The notes under the pieces are model-generated. The model ran no database searches. It was not told the origin of the DNA and saw nothing but the letters and a program-made list of their open reading frames with translations. Source: Balanoglossus misakiensis (Eukaryota; Animalia; Hemichordata). Taken from it: a stretch of 64,000 bases of DNA. Positions 14,263-29,323 of the stretch are shown in pieces. The stretch is from contig CM082580.2 of assembly GCA_040954595.2 (NCBI GenBank), positions 8,534,390-8,598,389 on the forward strand. The letters run 5' to 3'. Both the position numbers and the translations under genes were made by a program. Position 1 is the stretch's first letter, and each line of letters opens with the position of its first letter.

Positions 14263-17200
14263 CTATCTTCTTGTCTGATTCATGCGCATGCTAGCTAGTC
14301 TTCGCTGGCGTTCCACCTTTGTCATGGGCATAGTCTCGTCGTTGGGTCCGGAGTCCTGGCACTCGGACAGCACCAGCGTGGCGCCCCTGTATCGCTGCCT
14401 CTGAAAGATGTTCGAGAAGACCTCCTTGAAACACTTCCGGAAGTTCGAACCCATGAAGGCGTACACGAACGGGTTCATGCACGAGTTGGAGTAGGCTAAG
14501 CAGTTGGCGAAAAGCTGCGAGGCGTAGGCGGCTTCATTGTCTTCGAAGTGCTTGGGGAAAATCCGCGCCAGAATCGCCAGGATGTGCGTCGGCAGCCATG
14601 ACACGCCGAACAAAATGGCGACCACACAGATCATCTTTGTCGTTCGCGCGCGCCGCTGGTGCCACAACCGTTGTCGGCCGCTAACGTCCGAGTCTTCGCT
14701 GACGCTAGATGATTTCCACACGTTTCTGACGACTAAAACGTTGCAGATAATGATAACTATCAGAGGAATGCAATAGGCTGCAACAAATCCGTATATGAAA
14801 AATACCAGCTTCCAACTGTCGTCCGGCCAGTGTTCCATACAATAAGGATCGGCCCCGGTCCCAAACCAATTGATGTACTGCACTTCTCGAAAAAGAGCTA
14901 CCGGTATGTTTGTAGAGCCTGAAACTGGATTGGAAAAAATATGCCGATTTAAAATTTTCTAAAATCGCAGAATGTAATCTTTAATATTATGTGTACTTGT
15001 CCGGATACCACTAGCGTGTACATACACGAATATATTATATTGTGGAGGTTGGGCCAACTGGGCAAAAGAGTGTGCATAATTTTGAAATTGAATTCGGCCA
15101 ATTTTCTGTCGTTAAGTAAGTCCAACGGTTTGATTACTCCAAATTGTCTTCCACTTAGAGGGCGAGTCTTGCCTTGACTTGCCTAGAATACAGCCACGCG
15201 TTCCATTTGATTCAGAACACGAAGCAACGAGGCCGATATAATCGCTAACAGCTTCCTCGAGCGATCTTTCGAGTCGGAAGTTATCTGGCAACAATTTGCT
15301 TCTATGGCCAATAATCTCTTTCGCTATAGGAAGCGGCTTTTCCGTAGAGTGGCCGTAAATGGGGAAATGTCGTCGATAACGATTACTCGGTATTTTTTAC
15401 TTTCAATTCACTGGGTTCGTTGATCCGTTCAATCCTCAAAAAAATAACAATTCGGGACTTAGTTTATGATTTATGCTGTCGACGAATGAAAAAACACCCG
15501 ACCCCCATTGACATTTAGGGTCATGCTTGACATAAGGTCTGCGAAGCACAACGACATTATCGGTTGTTTTTTGTGCCGGTCGCAAAATGTTTTAATGCAT
15601 ACAGTTTTGCTCTGGATATTAAGGGACGGGGCATTTTGTATTGATTCGGTCCCTCCTTTAAAAACATCACTTTAACGCAGCCTATTAAACCCTCTTAAAT
15701 GAAATATTGATCGGTCCGTTTGCGGTTATTTGTCCAGGAATCACTTCGCATCATAGGAGCAGAAGATCTGAAATTCAGCGTTCACAAGCCGAGCCCACAG
15801 GCTGCCATCTACACTTTAATGACTTTTGTATAGTCCTCTGATTTCATTCTTTTCAGTTCTGCTGTTTGTCGTGCAAAAGTTTAAAGGTCTTGATCGATAA
15901 CTTTCACTAAAAGGCGCCATGTGCATCGCAACTTACATAAGAATCACGAGAATATATCATTATTATGGGTTAACTTTGGCGTAGTGGTTCTGGTATAAAA
16001 CATCGAAAAAGAATTGGAAGAAATTTGACGGCCAATGCCCCCTGGTAACTATCGCCAGTAATTCATATCTTTGCGGCTGTCAATAGTGCATGTACCGTCG
16101 CAAGAAGATTCGCATTATTTCGCCGGAGTATTAGTAATGCTGACCGCCCTTGAGCTGGGATACTTGTATTAAATTGCTGTTTTTATGGGGTATCTGCGAA
16201 AGTGGCATTGCTTTAATTACTTTGTCGAAACAACGCGGATATTTTCCCGCCGAGATGCAAATTCCCCAGACGTCGCTTTATTAATTCATGAACACAAATT
16301 GGCAATATTTCTCAAGTCGGGACATTTTTTAAATATTTCATGTAAACAATCACGCCCAAGCTTCGAAATGTGTCTCTGTCCCTCTGGGAATGCTTCTCTG
16401 TAAAGCTCAGGATAGCATTAATTCAGAAATCTATATTAGTAAACGCAGCTGTTCGTTGTGTAGCAGTAACTCGAAAGCATCTCTAAAATCTGTGCAGTGT
16501 TTGAGTATGACTTTTTTTATGAATAATATAGATCCCCTGCATTTGCTAGATGTATTTATAGAACAGTTTTACAGTGGCCTACTTTGGTTCATACTCAGAA
16601 GAAATAATTAAAAACAATGCATATAATACAATAATCTACCAATATCTGCTGGGATTAAATGCATGTTACAGCATCGATTTCCGTTCATCATTTGCAGATT
16701 GCCGCAGAATACATGTATAGGTTGCACAGTTTGGCGGTCATGTTATTTGTACACCACAAAATGTATGCATACATTTCTTGTGTCGTATCGGTACATTCAT
16801 GAAGGTGAAAGGCATTCCTGGATGCGTACAGAAACATGAAATCGTACTTCTTTGGAACAAAAATCACCGATAATAATAATACCGGAGCTTTCAGCACAAA
16901 TAATCCTGTCAAACCCGATCAACACTTGATAGATTAGTGCATTATGCCTTTTTCTGATAACAACTCACTTTTTGTCCCTAATTTAGATCGTTCAAGGCTT
17001 CACAAAATCAACACTGGCGAAATTACTCGCGAAAGCCTTCCATCAAACTTCAAATATTAATTTGTGCGCTTGATATTTTTATATTTCCACTTAAGGAACT
17101 TGATTTAAGCTTGTCCTGAAAAGCAAAAATGTCAAACCTCTTATAAAGCGTCATAGAGCGAGATTGAAAGGCGGATTCGAGATGGTGCTGACTTATTTTA

Positions 17201-20200
17201 CGACAACAGTTAAGGTGAGGATATTAAATGCAACATTTTTCTTCCAGATTGCCGCCTGGGTCGGTGTGAGGCTGCGCCGTGGGCGGATGGACACAAATAA
17301 ACCATTAACCACCCGTGAGCATATAAAATAGATAAAAGTTAAGGGGAGAACAAATTCTCTCGTGGCAAATTTTCAGCCGGCAACCTGGACTGAGTGAAAT
17401 GGAGAACTCCACTCCTGTTTCTTTGTGCACAAATATTTAATCCATTACATGCTGTTACGTCAATCTCGCACAATTTGGAGAATTCTGAAGGGAATCCTTG
17501 TGTGTGCAAGTGAGGGGATGTCTTCGAGGATCTGCGGACGTGGACGAGTCGATTTGCAGGCGTCGATGCAGCGTGTAGGTAGAGACGGAGCAGAAGCGGA
17601 TTATAGACGGCAGGCTGACTTGATGGCGTGGCGGGTAATAACCCCACTGGCAGGTAAATCACATTCTGTCGATGACGTCTGCTGATGAAGATTGAATGTA
17701 CGGTGCGGCGCAAATTATATTTGTGGTGGGCCCGTGACTTCATTTCTCGCTGCCCCGCTGGAAATTGACTGACGGCGGTATATACGTACCGGCTGTAGCG
17801 CGCACAAAAGTGGACGCCTCAAATCATGCAAATGCGTTGTGACTTTTAATTTGGTTGGCCGGCCATTCTACGCGCATGTGGATTTTTAACTGACTGCAGA
17901 CATGGCATTTTCTTCAGAGTGGCATTTTTCAAGGGATATATCATTCGTTTAAACACAGACAGTTCAAGCTATACTGTCTATGGTCTAACCAAGTCACAGT
18001 TTATCGGTCGCGCACGACTGAGACGACATAAAAAAAACTCTCCCCGCCAAGGTTCACTGTACGGGCGCGACTGCAGCAAGTGTACCAGTTATTAAATGTT
18101 AAGTGTGTGGTAGCTCTAAAAAAAATATTGATGAGCCTTACATTGACGACAGTGTTATAAAAGTTATTATCTTCAACCGAGCAGGAAACGTGCTACCGAC
18201 TTTTATGAATGCCGGCAGACCACCTCACTCCATGTGAGTCGTCTGTATAATATCTGATTTCGTCTTCGCAGCATCGTAAAGGTATTACGCTCGGATAGCG
18301 CCCCGGGCAAAAAAGTATTCTTCGTCATGTAATAAACGAAGTGCACCGAGATAAAACGTGACGACATGCAAACATGCACTGACTAGCTCAATTGATACAA
18401 AATATCATTGCGTACATCATACAAGAAATTACTCGGCGGCACTGGCTGGCGATCGTGTGTTCATTAAATCTTGAAGGCTTGTATATACACACATATATGC
18501 ATCGTGCTGTCTGTCGCTTTGGTCGGCCAGGCAAATAACGGCGTGTCAATACACAATACACGCATTCACTTCTCTATATTGCGTCTTAAATTTGCTGGTG
18601 GAAATTGGGTCCGGATAGCGTGGACAATATAAACAGTGAAATGCAATAACGCCTTAGTATACTGTATTAATTCGCAGTTAAAAAGGTGTCAGAGTAATAT
18701 CTCTGGGAAAGAGGCATGCGCACGCTGCTGCTGTGACGTCGACACAGAATGGCGAGGTTGGCAAAGTTGATCAACCGACAGACGTGGTCTCTCTCTCTAC
18801 CTCGTTAATCCCCAATCAAAGGCTTACTAAAGTAATACTCACTTCGACTGGAGATTACCGCAAACCCAAACTCATTTCAACTATTAAAAAGCAGCCAGCA
18901 GTAGACATGAATGGGGATAATAATGGGAACATGCGAGCGTGCACACATATCCGTCTATTTAAAGTGATCAATATCTTACCCAGCCATATTGCGATGCTGA
19001 CGATGAGAACAACCTTGGGAGAACGTCTGGTGATAGAAGCCATGGGGTGCACGATCGCAAAGTACCGGTCTATCGTCATTGCTGTGAGAGTGAAACAATT
19101 GGCTTGGACAGTTACCTGTGAAGAGACGGAGAAATGTAATAAAGCATGTAATGCAGGTACACGCCCAGAACTGAGAGATTTAAATCTAGAAACTCCCCAC
19201 ACACCAGCTATACACATTGTTATGCAAAACAGCCCACCCCAACCAACATTCTACCACCTGTGTAACTGCATATAAACACGCCTTCCCCCTTGCATTTTCG
19301 CCAGTTTAGTCTCCTGATGAGTGAGTTTAGCGACTCACGAAACAGCGTTGTAGAGACTTTACCGCCTTTCGTTTCTCCTACTACCCTACTTTATGAATCC
19401 CATGGGTCTCCTTGAATCTAAAATTCTATATTTTTTCAATGCAATTAAAAAACTACATTTTCCTCGGTTCGACTTTGTCACCATTGACCCTCCCACAGGT
19501 ACCGCTTTGTTGAGGTGACCCCCCCCCCTCCCCTCAGCCACCCACCGCAGCCACCTCCGGGTATTGTTCCGCGGGCTTCCTGGCGAAACGAAGTTTTAAT
19601 CTGCCGTGTTGCTTAGGGCCCAGTTGTTTGTGCTTCGTCTGTAGGAATTCTCTGACTCCTAATTTCACTACTAGTTAGAGTGTCTCGGAGGTGTGAAAGC
19701 GCCCATTTGTGGGCGTCCCCTTTTTCTGAAAGAGAATGACGTCATTCAATATTGGGAGCCCAATGAAGAGGAAATTCTCTCGTCTTAATCATTACTCCCG
19801 TCTGCTCAAAAAGTGGACAGGGAGTCAAAGTAATAACAAAGCGCGGCAAATCGACGACCTGGCGGAGTTGCGGTGATGAACCTTTTCAAAAGACCAGTAA
19901 GCTCCATACTGTTTCCAGAATTAAGCTCCGGGGATATCGTGTCTGATGCAATTCTAATCCCCGGCCCGTAAATCACTTCATCCGTGCGGCGAAATCGAAC
20001 TCAGGTAAAGCTGTTATTGTCGTCGGGGAGAAAACCTTGACAACTTAAAAAATGAACCCAAATACAAAGAGGTCGTGCATCGTTCGATAAGTGAACCGAT
20101 CTCAATACCAATGTTTGATGTTCCGGATGGGTAAGTATTTCAACCACGGTGCGTGGAGTGAGTATATGAAAACACATGAGATTTTTGTTTCACCACTCTC

Positions 20201-23039
20201 ATGGTATCCTGAACTTAAACATTTATTTAGCTGTTAACATCGACAATTAATTGCGGCATGTCAACACTGATGGCGAACTTATTCCAGATATCCTAATGCC
20301 CAGGGAAATCCTAACTCCAAGATGAATGGTCTTATAATATTACAGGAATGGTTCGAAATTTACCTCCCTTTGATGTCGCCATAATTCATCCCTACTTACT
20401 CTGGATCACCACCGAGACTTTGTGTATATAGCAATAGTCTCCAAAAAGCTCTTTTTGTCTCCTGAACAATACATATTAATACACAATTTATTTTCATGTT
20501 TAAGAATGATTTGTTAGGTTTCTCTTCATAAAAGGACATCAATTTCCTGTCAACATCATCTGGAAAAAAGTGCTTCCCTTGTTTGAGGGAAATGTCAGAG
20601 CAGGCGAACGGCATTCCACTTTTTGTGAGTAGCCGTCATTATGTATTGATGTCAACTTTGCCGTTATGTTATTTGTTTTGATCGTAATTTTCATCAATTT
20701 ATCACTTTCGACAGGCGTAAAATAACATAGAAACACACTACATTTTAAATCATTATTGACGTCAATCAAACGTGTTAGCCATTTGTTTCTCTGGGGAATG
20801 TTAAGGGGCCCGAACAGTAATTAGGAGTTATTGTCACAAACTGTTGTTACTAAAATCAGAGTAATTAACTATAGGTGACACGATAGACAACTGGTGTTTG
20901 TTCTAAGCCATAAAATATGCAACGCATGCGTCGTGTACAGCCTGGTTTCACGTAGATATTTTAGGAGTGAAGCAACATGTTTCCTTAGTTCATAATAATT
21001 CACAACTCACTGGACGATGCGTCTCGTGGGTTTATCGGTTTACGGTTGACCCAGGGGGTAGTTGCCGAGGGAATTCAACAGCCTTGGATGTGTAATGTAT
21101 CCCCCCCGGATTACCTGAGGTACGTGCACGGCCAGTATATACCTCAACATCTGAGGCTTACATGTATTTCCTCCGTCTCGACGCAAAAGAAAAAACAATG
21201 TACACTAAAAGGTATTGGCTCCCGTGTGCCTACAAGCCAAGTTAAAGTGACGTAACACGTGATTTTTAGCAAAAAGCTGAAAAGTTACTTTCCAGTGCAA
21301 ATTAATCACTTTCTATTTCTACCTTTGTGCACATAAGCCCTGAGAAATAGGGCACTTTCCAATTGTTTGAAAGACAACCACATGTTCTGTACATATTTAT
21401 GACGACAAGAAGCTCAGTGTGCCACATCAGGTACACGGGAGCCCTACTCTAACATCGCGTCTTTTATCTTGACGGACACCGTGTATATACGCTCACCCAA
21501 AATCAATAAGGCATTAAAGATGCGGTGCTCATAAAAGCAAATAGTCCCCGGTGACTCCTCCGTATTGTAGAAGTTTAGCAAGAAATTTATCCCAGCTGAA
21601 TATTGATTAATTCTGCCTCTCCTATCTCGGCTCCGAAGTGTTAAATTAAAAGCGAAATCTGAACTTGTACATGCCGGCAGTCGATACAACGGAATAACAC
21701 ATGCGCGGACTTCTCCGGTGGTTCTCGTTCATTGCGATATTTGTGGCTACCTCTATCTATCCACAATCAATAAACATAACATGTTGGTATATTGAAAGAG
21801 AAATTGATGTACAAAGCAGTCAGTACGCAGCTGGCAATATCGTCGCTCATTAGACAACGTGTATTGTGATTCTACACTGTCACTGTCGACAACGGTGTTT
21901 GAGCGAGAGAACTGCCGTACCTAGTCGCGTTCGACTAAACTATTAAGTGTGATGGACGAGATTCGCTCCCCGACGGCAAGCTTAGATTTGATACGCCGTG
22001 ATCTGCGTTTAATTTTCGATTTTTGCCGGAGAAACCGCTGCCGCATACACAAAAGAGACTTTGTGTGAATATCGGCTTCGTTTACCTGCATTGAGGCAAT
22101 AGGAGACGGTTCAACGCTAGATCGCACGACTAAAACTCGCCGACCAACTATAGTTTTCGATTTCTGCAACAATGGCGGCAGTTCTGAGAATCGACTACCC
22201 ATGTTAGAAACTTTCACCCGTGCTAAGTCACTGAAACAACTACAGCAATCAGTTTCTTCTGCAGATTTTCTGGGCTATTGAGTTTTATCTTACTTTGATT
22301 TCGTACAGTTTCTGGGTGAAAGATTTCCACGTCGAAGGGTCGCGCTCAAACCACGGAAAGAATTAAACGACTACAAATACCCCCAAAATAAGGCTAATCA
22401 TCTTCGCTCGATGATCGCGCTCGCCGACCATGATATTGGAATCCCACTTGAGTGAACATTATACCCAGGACAATTTTCTGCTAAATCAAATCCGTAATCA
22501 CGGATGTTTTTGTGCCACCTTGAATGCATGGTTAGTTTTTATCAGTCGCCCGAACCAAAACTGTGTTTAGTATCTTTGCTCTTGATTGGGAATGAGATTA
22601 AAACGGCGATAGGGCAGAATGCTTGGCGGTGAAAAGGAGAGGGAAAATGAAGAGCCGTACTTACAAATATCAGGTAGAATGAGAACTTGCACATGAAATT
22701 ACCAAAGAACCATTCTGTCAGGTGGGCAAAGACGGTAAAAGGCACACAACACACCAGGAAGGCCAGATCCACGATAGCGACGCTGAGAATGTAGAAATTG
22801 GTGGTGGTCTTCATCTGCTTGTGGCGGAGTATCACGACGATCACCAGAGAGTTTCCCGCCACGCCGACGAGGCAGATCAGCGCGAAGATGGTGGGCACCA
22901 GCCACATCTCCACGTACACCTGGGGAGTGTAGTCGTAGTCGTAGTAGTCCGAGGCATTGGAGACGTTACCGGCGGAGTCGTTCAGAACCGTCGACAGGTA
23001 GGGACCGTTGCCATTATCCATGGTTGGTGCAGAGGACAT
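14263..23039 (-). CDS. KISS1R: Kisspeptin receptor-like (GPR54/KISS1R-type) rhodopsin-family GPCR, 3 coding exons, about 390 aa
   Basis: Exons 23039-22665, 19115-18980 and 14924-14263 have GT-AG boundaries and consistent phases (0, 1). TM1-3 (WLVPTIFALICLVGVAGNSLVIVVILRHKQMKTTTNFYI...LVCCVPFT...FMCKF..Y..|VTVQANCFTLTAMTIDRY) closely resembles vertebrate KISS1R. SWLP in TM6, NSCMNPFVYAF in TM7 and N-terminal N-glycosylation sites are present. Exact orthology versus galanin/allatostatin-A-type paralogues needs a phylogeny. Confidence 0.88.
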
Positions 23040-23770
23040 GACACAGTATAGTCACCCAGCAGACCTCGCAGTTATATACTTAGCACTGTTTCAATCCACT
23101 TCTGGTCCCCGGTATCCCCCTTTGTTTTGGCGCGTTTAATCCGTGGGTGTAGTAGTAGTAGCGCAGCAGGGAAACTGGAACTGTCGGAGATACAGAAAAC
23201 TGACATCATAGAACCGCCAAGAGGCAGCTGTCATCCCGATGCGTAATATCCAGGCCGGTCACCTTCCACTCTTCACCTAACGACATACTTCCGAACGATA
23301 GTCCGAGATTTCTCGTCTGAGGATTATCTCGTTACCAGCAACCAGCCAGAGGGAGTCTTTCTTTCACGTGTCCCAAAAGAGCGCAAAACGTACACTTGTG
23401 CATATAACGAACCGGTTGAAAAGTACTTCTTTCGGTCGTTCAGTTCAGAGCGACATTTGCCCCCACGTTGAAAACAGTGGACGACTGCAAAATTGTAACC
23501 AGCGGCTGCTACGGGGACGGGGAAAAACCCTCGTCGAATTCAGATGAGATGTATTCTCGTCCGTGTTTTAGTAAGGCACTCCTGCAGTCGACCGTCTCAC
23601 CCGCAGACTGCTCCACCACAGAGGAGACGCGTACAGCTTGATTGACATTCCGGAGAGCGCCGGGTCTCGTCTCTGAACATGCAACGGTGAGTAGCGGCGC
23701 TTGTCTCGCGTAGTAAAGCAATGCCGAGTAGGCAGTCACTAGGCGACTCCCTTTTCAAGTCACAAGGTGG

Positions 23771-23785
23771 GTTTCCCATGGAAAC
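23771..23785. promoter_or_regulatory. RFX X-box upstream of the KISS1R-like gene
   Basis: The palindromic GTTTCC-CAT-GGAAAC lies about 730 bp upstream of the ATG. Confidence 0.45.
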
Positions 23786-23954
23786 GTGGACGGTAGCTTG
23801 TTCGTTGTGCTGTTAGATGTTTTCTCAAGACCTGTTGGGTGAGATGTATTATAAGCGTGTTATTAGTTCTTTGAAACGTGCATTACTATTCGCATGTTTA
23901 TATAATTAAACATGTGTGTGTTTGTTAAGTATGAAATCAACATTCTTATAACAA

Positions 23955-24090
23955 TATTATTATTATTATTATTATTATCATAATCAATATCATCCTAAGT
24001 ATTATTATCATCATCATAACAAGGATATACTTAATTATTTTTGTTTGTTTGTTTGTTTGATTGTTTGTTTGTTTGTTTGTTTGTTTGTTT
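23955..24090. repeat. (ATT)n and (TTTG)n microsatellites
   Basis: Direct inspection: ATT run at 23955-23978 and TTTG run at 24040-24090. Confidence 0.95.
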
Positions 24091-26169
24091 AATCGCACGG
24101 AAATCATCACACTGAGCTCTCCTGTCATATAATAATAGCCATTAATTAGAAATATTGTCTACGTGTTTTTTAGGCGACAGGGGTTGTGACCGTACGTAGA
24201 AATAAAAAAGTGCGTTGAATCAATATACTGTCTATGGTTGAATGAGCTATTACTCAAATATCACCTGATAACGTTACACCCTGAGACAGTTGCATCATCC
24301 CTCGATCGAACTGTTTTACACCGCTGTTATCTCCAAACTGTCCAAAGATAAATTTAGCGCCGTTTTTTTTTCTTCTAGTGAAGCGTTTATCCGAAATTCG
24401 ATCTTCCATGCCGTGAAACGTGTGCAATGAGCACTTACAACAAGAGCGCTTATCAGCGACGGCCCTCGGTGGAGTAAACATTCAACGCATGTATCGGCTG
24501 GTCGGCTTATGCGCAAACCTGTCTAATGATGGCGCCAATTGTCTGAATTCGTCGGCACAACATCCAGCCAATGTAGACTTTTGCAGATTCCGACAGTGCA
24601 GTAATCTAACTAGTTTTGCGCAGGTTTGGAGTAATCCAACTGAAAATTGAGAGAAAATAATGGCTTATAGAACATGCTTTCTTGGAAACAGTTTTTCAGC
24701 ATGCTGTAATTACGAATTATTCGTGACAAAATTAGAAATCGCATTATTTTCTTTGTCTCGGCCACAATTGCATTTTGCGCCGCGATTGCTGAAAAAGACT
24801 GAACTCGAAAGCATACATGTGTACACACACATACATACCTACACACACAGACATACAGACAGACAGACAGGTATGTGTACGTATGAGTGTCCGTGTGCCT
24901 GTGGGCATGTTGGATGACGGGTGTAATCGTACAGCTTGCAAGAACTAATAAGCTGAACGCAAGATGCTATGACACCAAGTTTCTGACTTGCACCTTGCAT
25001 AATGAAGATTTCAGAAATAGATGTGGACAGACAAGTATTGACACATGTTCATTAAAGGCCACAAGAGCAGATATCTGCAATTAAGCACACGGCAGAATTC
25101 ACCCAAACCGACTGTAGCTATGTCTAATTAACCGCGCAAAACTCTATACCCGTACATGTACATGTCACGACCTGTTCTTTCTCATTGCAGTGTCTGTTAA
25201 GCATGGAATAACCTCATGTACGTAATAACATGTTGCTATGACAACGTTGCATTCAAAATAAGGAATAGGGAACAAATGCGGCTTTCTTTGTGGCTACGTC
25301 GGCCGTGTTCAGCCAGTGCTCAACAATGCTGTTTACTTTTTTGAGGGGATGAAACCGTACTTTTCCGTTTGCAAGTTTTACTCTTCTGTGCTGTCTGGCT
25401 GTGTGGTTCAAACTTAACGCCTTTTACTGGACGCAGATACATTCACTTTTCGCATGCACCGCGCAAGGGAAAGTCAGCAACAGAACCGAACTTGTATGCT
25501 AATATTTCTGCAGCGACAATGTCAGTGCACAACCGAGCTAGGTGATGGTTACAAGTTTGACTATGGCTACTTAACAAGGCACGGGTTGTAATCGTGTCCA
25601 TGTGGACACGTTGCTCTATTGTCATCGTGCGGTTTAACATTACCTGACACTTCTGGCGTAACACAATACATGTACAATGTGTGTGTATTTGCCTACATGG
25701 GTTTCATCCTTCCACGGAGAAGCTCGCGTTCTTTTTAACTCTCCAGAATAGAAAAAGGATACACGGTGGCGTGGTAATTAACGGGGAAAGCCTAGGCAAA
25801 CAAGATATTCGTTTCGCTTTCACACAACACCGCCTCTTGTACACTAGTATCTCTACCACGTTTTGATCATTTGATACGTGGAAGAGATTATTCGCATGAG
25901 GGATGCATGACTAGATCATCAACTCCTGTTTAGATTCAGTTGTGAGCTCGTGTGCAATTTTATATCCTACGAACTTTGAGTGATGTCTCTCGAGAACTCC
26001 GTTTTCCCTATACAATTACGAAAGGCCCGTTTATGGCTGCAATCATGCGAAGTTATTTTGCTCCGGGAAACTGAATCTTTTAAAAAAATTGAAAAGGCTA
26101 CTGTTCAGTCATGTTAAAATCCAGTACGTGACAAAGGATCAACTTGTTTTTTAAGGTGACGCGTAAACT

Positions 26170-26308
26170 TTAAAGACACAGACTATGGTCGCCGCCATCT
26201 TGTCTGTTGTTAGGACAGCGCACTGCTTTATGCGATTGACTGTATACAATTTCTGTAACCAGAGTCTCTGGTTTGGCACATGCGCATAAGACAACAGTGG
26301 CCCTTTAA
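26170..26308. mobile_element. Second, left-truncated or diverged copy of the TTAA-type MITE
   Basis: ATGGTCGCCGCCATCTTGTC...CAGAGTCTCTGGTTTGGCACATGCGCATAAGA...GCCCTTTAA aligns by eye with 12717-12840. Confidence 0.6.
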
Positions 26309-28901
26309 AAATAACGTCTTACATGATCGACGTTCAAAGATGTCTCCAGTAATACGCCACTTTGCAGGCAGCAATCATTCATGTAATGAGACCGCGCCAG
26401 ACAAAGAATATGATAAAGAAGAATAGATAGGCGAGGATTAATATTTTACAATAACCTCTATCGACAGAACACCAAACTCGTTATCATGGTTAATAGAAGG
26501 CCAGTCACTGCGGTTCATTTTCGTAATCGACTGTTGACGACTACTACCTCAAAGCACCCAATAACTTGGCATTATTACTTAATTCTGAACCACTAAAAGT
26601 CTTTGCATGCGGCAAAATGATGACCTTTTCCGTACTTAAGTACTTGAGCACTGACGGCAGAGTTTTCTTGCGCAAATGGTGTCAAGACCTCTCGTGCACG
26701 TTTTAGTGCGCTCTTTTAATAATAACAGGGTTCTTATGCTGGACCATGATCTTGATTCAGTTTGATTTTTTTTCTGAAAGCCACCGTATTGTTTGTGTAT
26801 TTTACTAACCAATCTTCGGGATTTTTTGGATTTCCACCACTAGTATGTTATATGTACCTATTTTTCTCGCGAAATCTGATCAAAAATTGTGACATTTATT
26901 CCATGAGACACACCATCTACTCGCTAGCGGCGGCCATGTTTAACTTGCCAGCTGTAAATTAGCTTCTTAAAATCTAAGACCCAGGTGGTTGTACGTTCGT
27001 CGCCAGTGTTGAAAACTTGCCTGTGGTGGCACTCCAGCTAGCCTTCTTTACATATAAGTTGCTTTTGATTTCAGACAATCATCAAAGATACGGCTAATGG
27101 AGCATTAAACTACTCAACTGTCTCAAAATAAACGCAAACATGTCCGCTTCAGAGATTCCGGAGCTCCGCGACGATGTTTATACATTCAACGGCGCATCTA
27201 CGCCGCGCAGATAATTACATCGACGATGTTTATCACGTGAAAATAGATCATCGGGCGCAACTCAACCTTACAACATTGATCCTCTCTCTCAGAAATGGAC
27301 CGTTTAATTGGATAAAACCCTCTCAAGGGAGCGTTGTAGGATGATATTTGAACTCCGTCTATAATCGCATTTGCCACACTTTATATAGGGGCAAAATGCC
27401 TGTAGAAACACCGCCCGTTGACGTCATCAAGTTTGCTGCAAGGGAAGTTAGGGCACGTTTCGAGTATGTCAGACAGGAGTGGCAGAAACACGGTCACGCG
27501 GAAACAGGGAGTGGTCAAAGTACAGCCAGATAAACGGATAGAAAACTACGACTGTCATATCAGTTTTCCTATTTCTGACGAACGTCTAAAACTAAGTGGA
27601 TATACGCACTTCTGGTGTGTGTACATGTACATGTACGTGACTTGTACTTCATAAAACGGGTAATTTTATTTTTCTCGGTTAAGTGTTGATGGAAGGTCCA
27701 AGCCAGTCAAATACAGCAGAGACGTATCACCTGCTTGGTTCACGAGAAATGAATATTGAAAGTAAAAAGGCGACCGACATTCCAGAGAGGAGAGTAAGAG
27801 TTGTGAGCATGATTGTTTTTCGCGCATGAATACCTACAAAACGCGTTCTGCGTGTGTTGTAACTTGAGTATGTTTTTTTGTGTGATGTTGACTGTTCTGA
27901 TTCTATGTTTTTACCTGAACTGACAAAATCACCCAGGCGAGACATCTGGGGACGCGCAAACCGTGAATAAAAGCCGGGATATCGGACAGATAAACATGTG
28001 TAGATGGTATTATCTACATTGACATAACCATCCCAGCGCTTCTTTTACTCGGAGACTGTGCGATTCACACATGACGTGTCTGATAAGGCGTGGCGATGGC
28101 TTCCTGCTTTCGGAAATCCCATATCTAGATAGTGCCGAATGCTTTTTTAAAAAAACCTATCACCTGTGAACTTCGGGTCAGGAAATGAAGCCGCGGCCGC
28201 TCCCGATTCTCGGCATCGGGTTACGCCGACACCCGGTGTTTCTTTCAGTGATGAGATTGCCATCGATGTAAAGAAATTGATTTCTTGAGATCCGAGCCCC
28301 CCAAGACAAATGAGCAAAGTCTTAGAATTCACACGTCTGGCATTAAGCCTGATCACCGCGGGCACATGCCGTGGTAAGTGGTTCATTTAGATCTCGGGGA
28401 TTAGGCATTCAACGCACAGAGAGCGCTTTTAGTGACAGAACATTAATTACGTTCACCTTACGAGGGTAAATACTAGATTATTTCTATTCAAACGTTCTGT
28501 CCTTTAATCAGCAGCTCCGCGTCTTTTTCTTGGGTGCTATTCCCTTTTCATGTTTTTTTATTATTTGTATGTTCATATCGGTGTAATTTCTGAGCATGAA
28601 ATGTGATTGATTTCGACCGGTTCGAGAAATGCACCCGTCAATCACACGTTTTGAGTGGTCCGCGAGAACAAGTCTCTTTGCAACAATATGACAACGAATG
28701 ACAGAGTCAATCTTCCGGGGATCTGAACCGTAAGTCGCCAATAAGACTGTCAATTTACACGCGAAATACACACTGTAAATAATGATTAAACGGGAACTCG
28801 TATCAACGAATGCAATTAGGCTCTGTAAAAAAATTCTCGCAGTGTCGCGAGCTCGCTTTCCCGATACGAGAAGATTTCGCTGGTATAGGGATAGGGGTGT
28901 A

Positions 28902-29323
28902 CACGAGCGTGAAGTTGGCCTCATCCTCATCCTCATCCTCAGCTTCGCCAGCCTCATCCTCATCCTCATCCTCATCCTCAGCTTCGTGACCTCAGACTCA
29001 GCTTCGTGACCTCAGGAAGATTTCAAAATTATCGTGAATTTCGTATATCTGATGTGATCTAAAAGAAGCGAAAGCGATGTAGGTAAAATAATTTACATGG
29101 GATAGTCTAAATAATTGATTGAATTTCTTCTTTTGACTCCATTTGTTCTTTTTACCGATCGTTTGGATAATTTTGATGTTTACTTCCTGGGGTCACGAAG
29201 CTGAGGCTGGGGTCACGAAGGGTCACGAAGCTGAGGCTGGGTCACGAAGCTGAGGATGAGGATGAGGATGAGGATGAGGCTGGCGAAGCTGAGGATGAGG
29301 ATGAGGCCAACTTCACGCTCGTG
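28902..29323. mobile_element. MITE with long repeat-containing TIRs (CAC...GTG ends) and a 6-bp target-site duplication GGTGTA
   Basis: The left TIR CACGAGCGTGAAGTTGG(CCTCAT)n..AGCTTCGTGACC is mirrored at the right end. GGTGTA occurs at both 28896-28901 and 29324-29329. The AT-rich core is about 165 bp. Confidence 0.88.
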
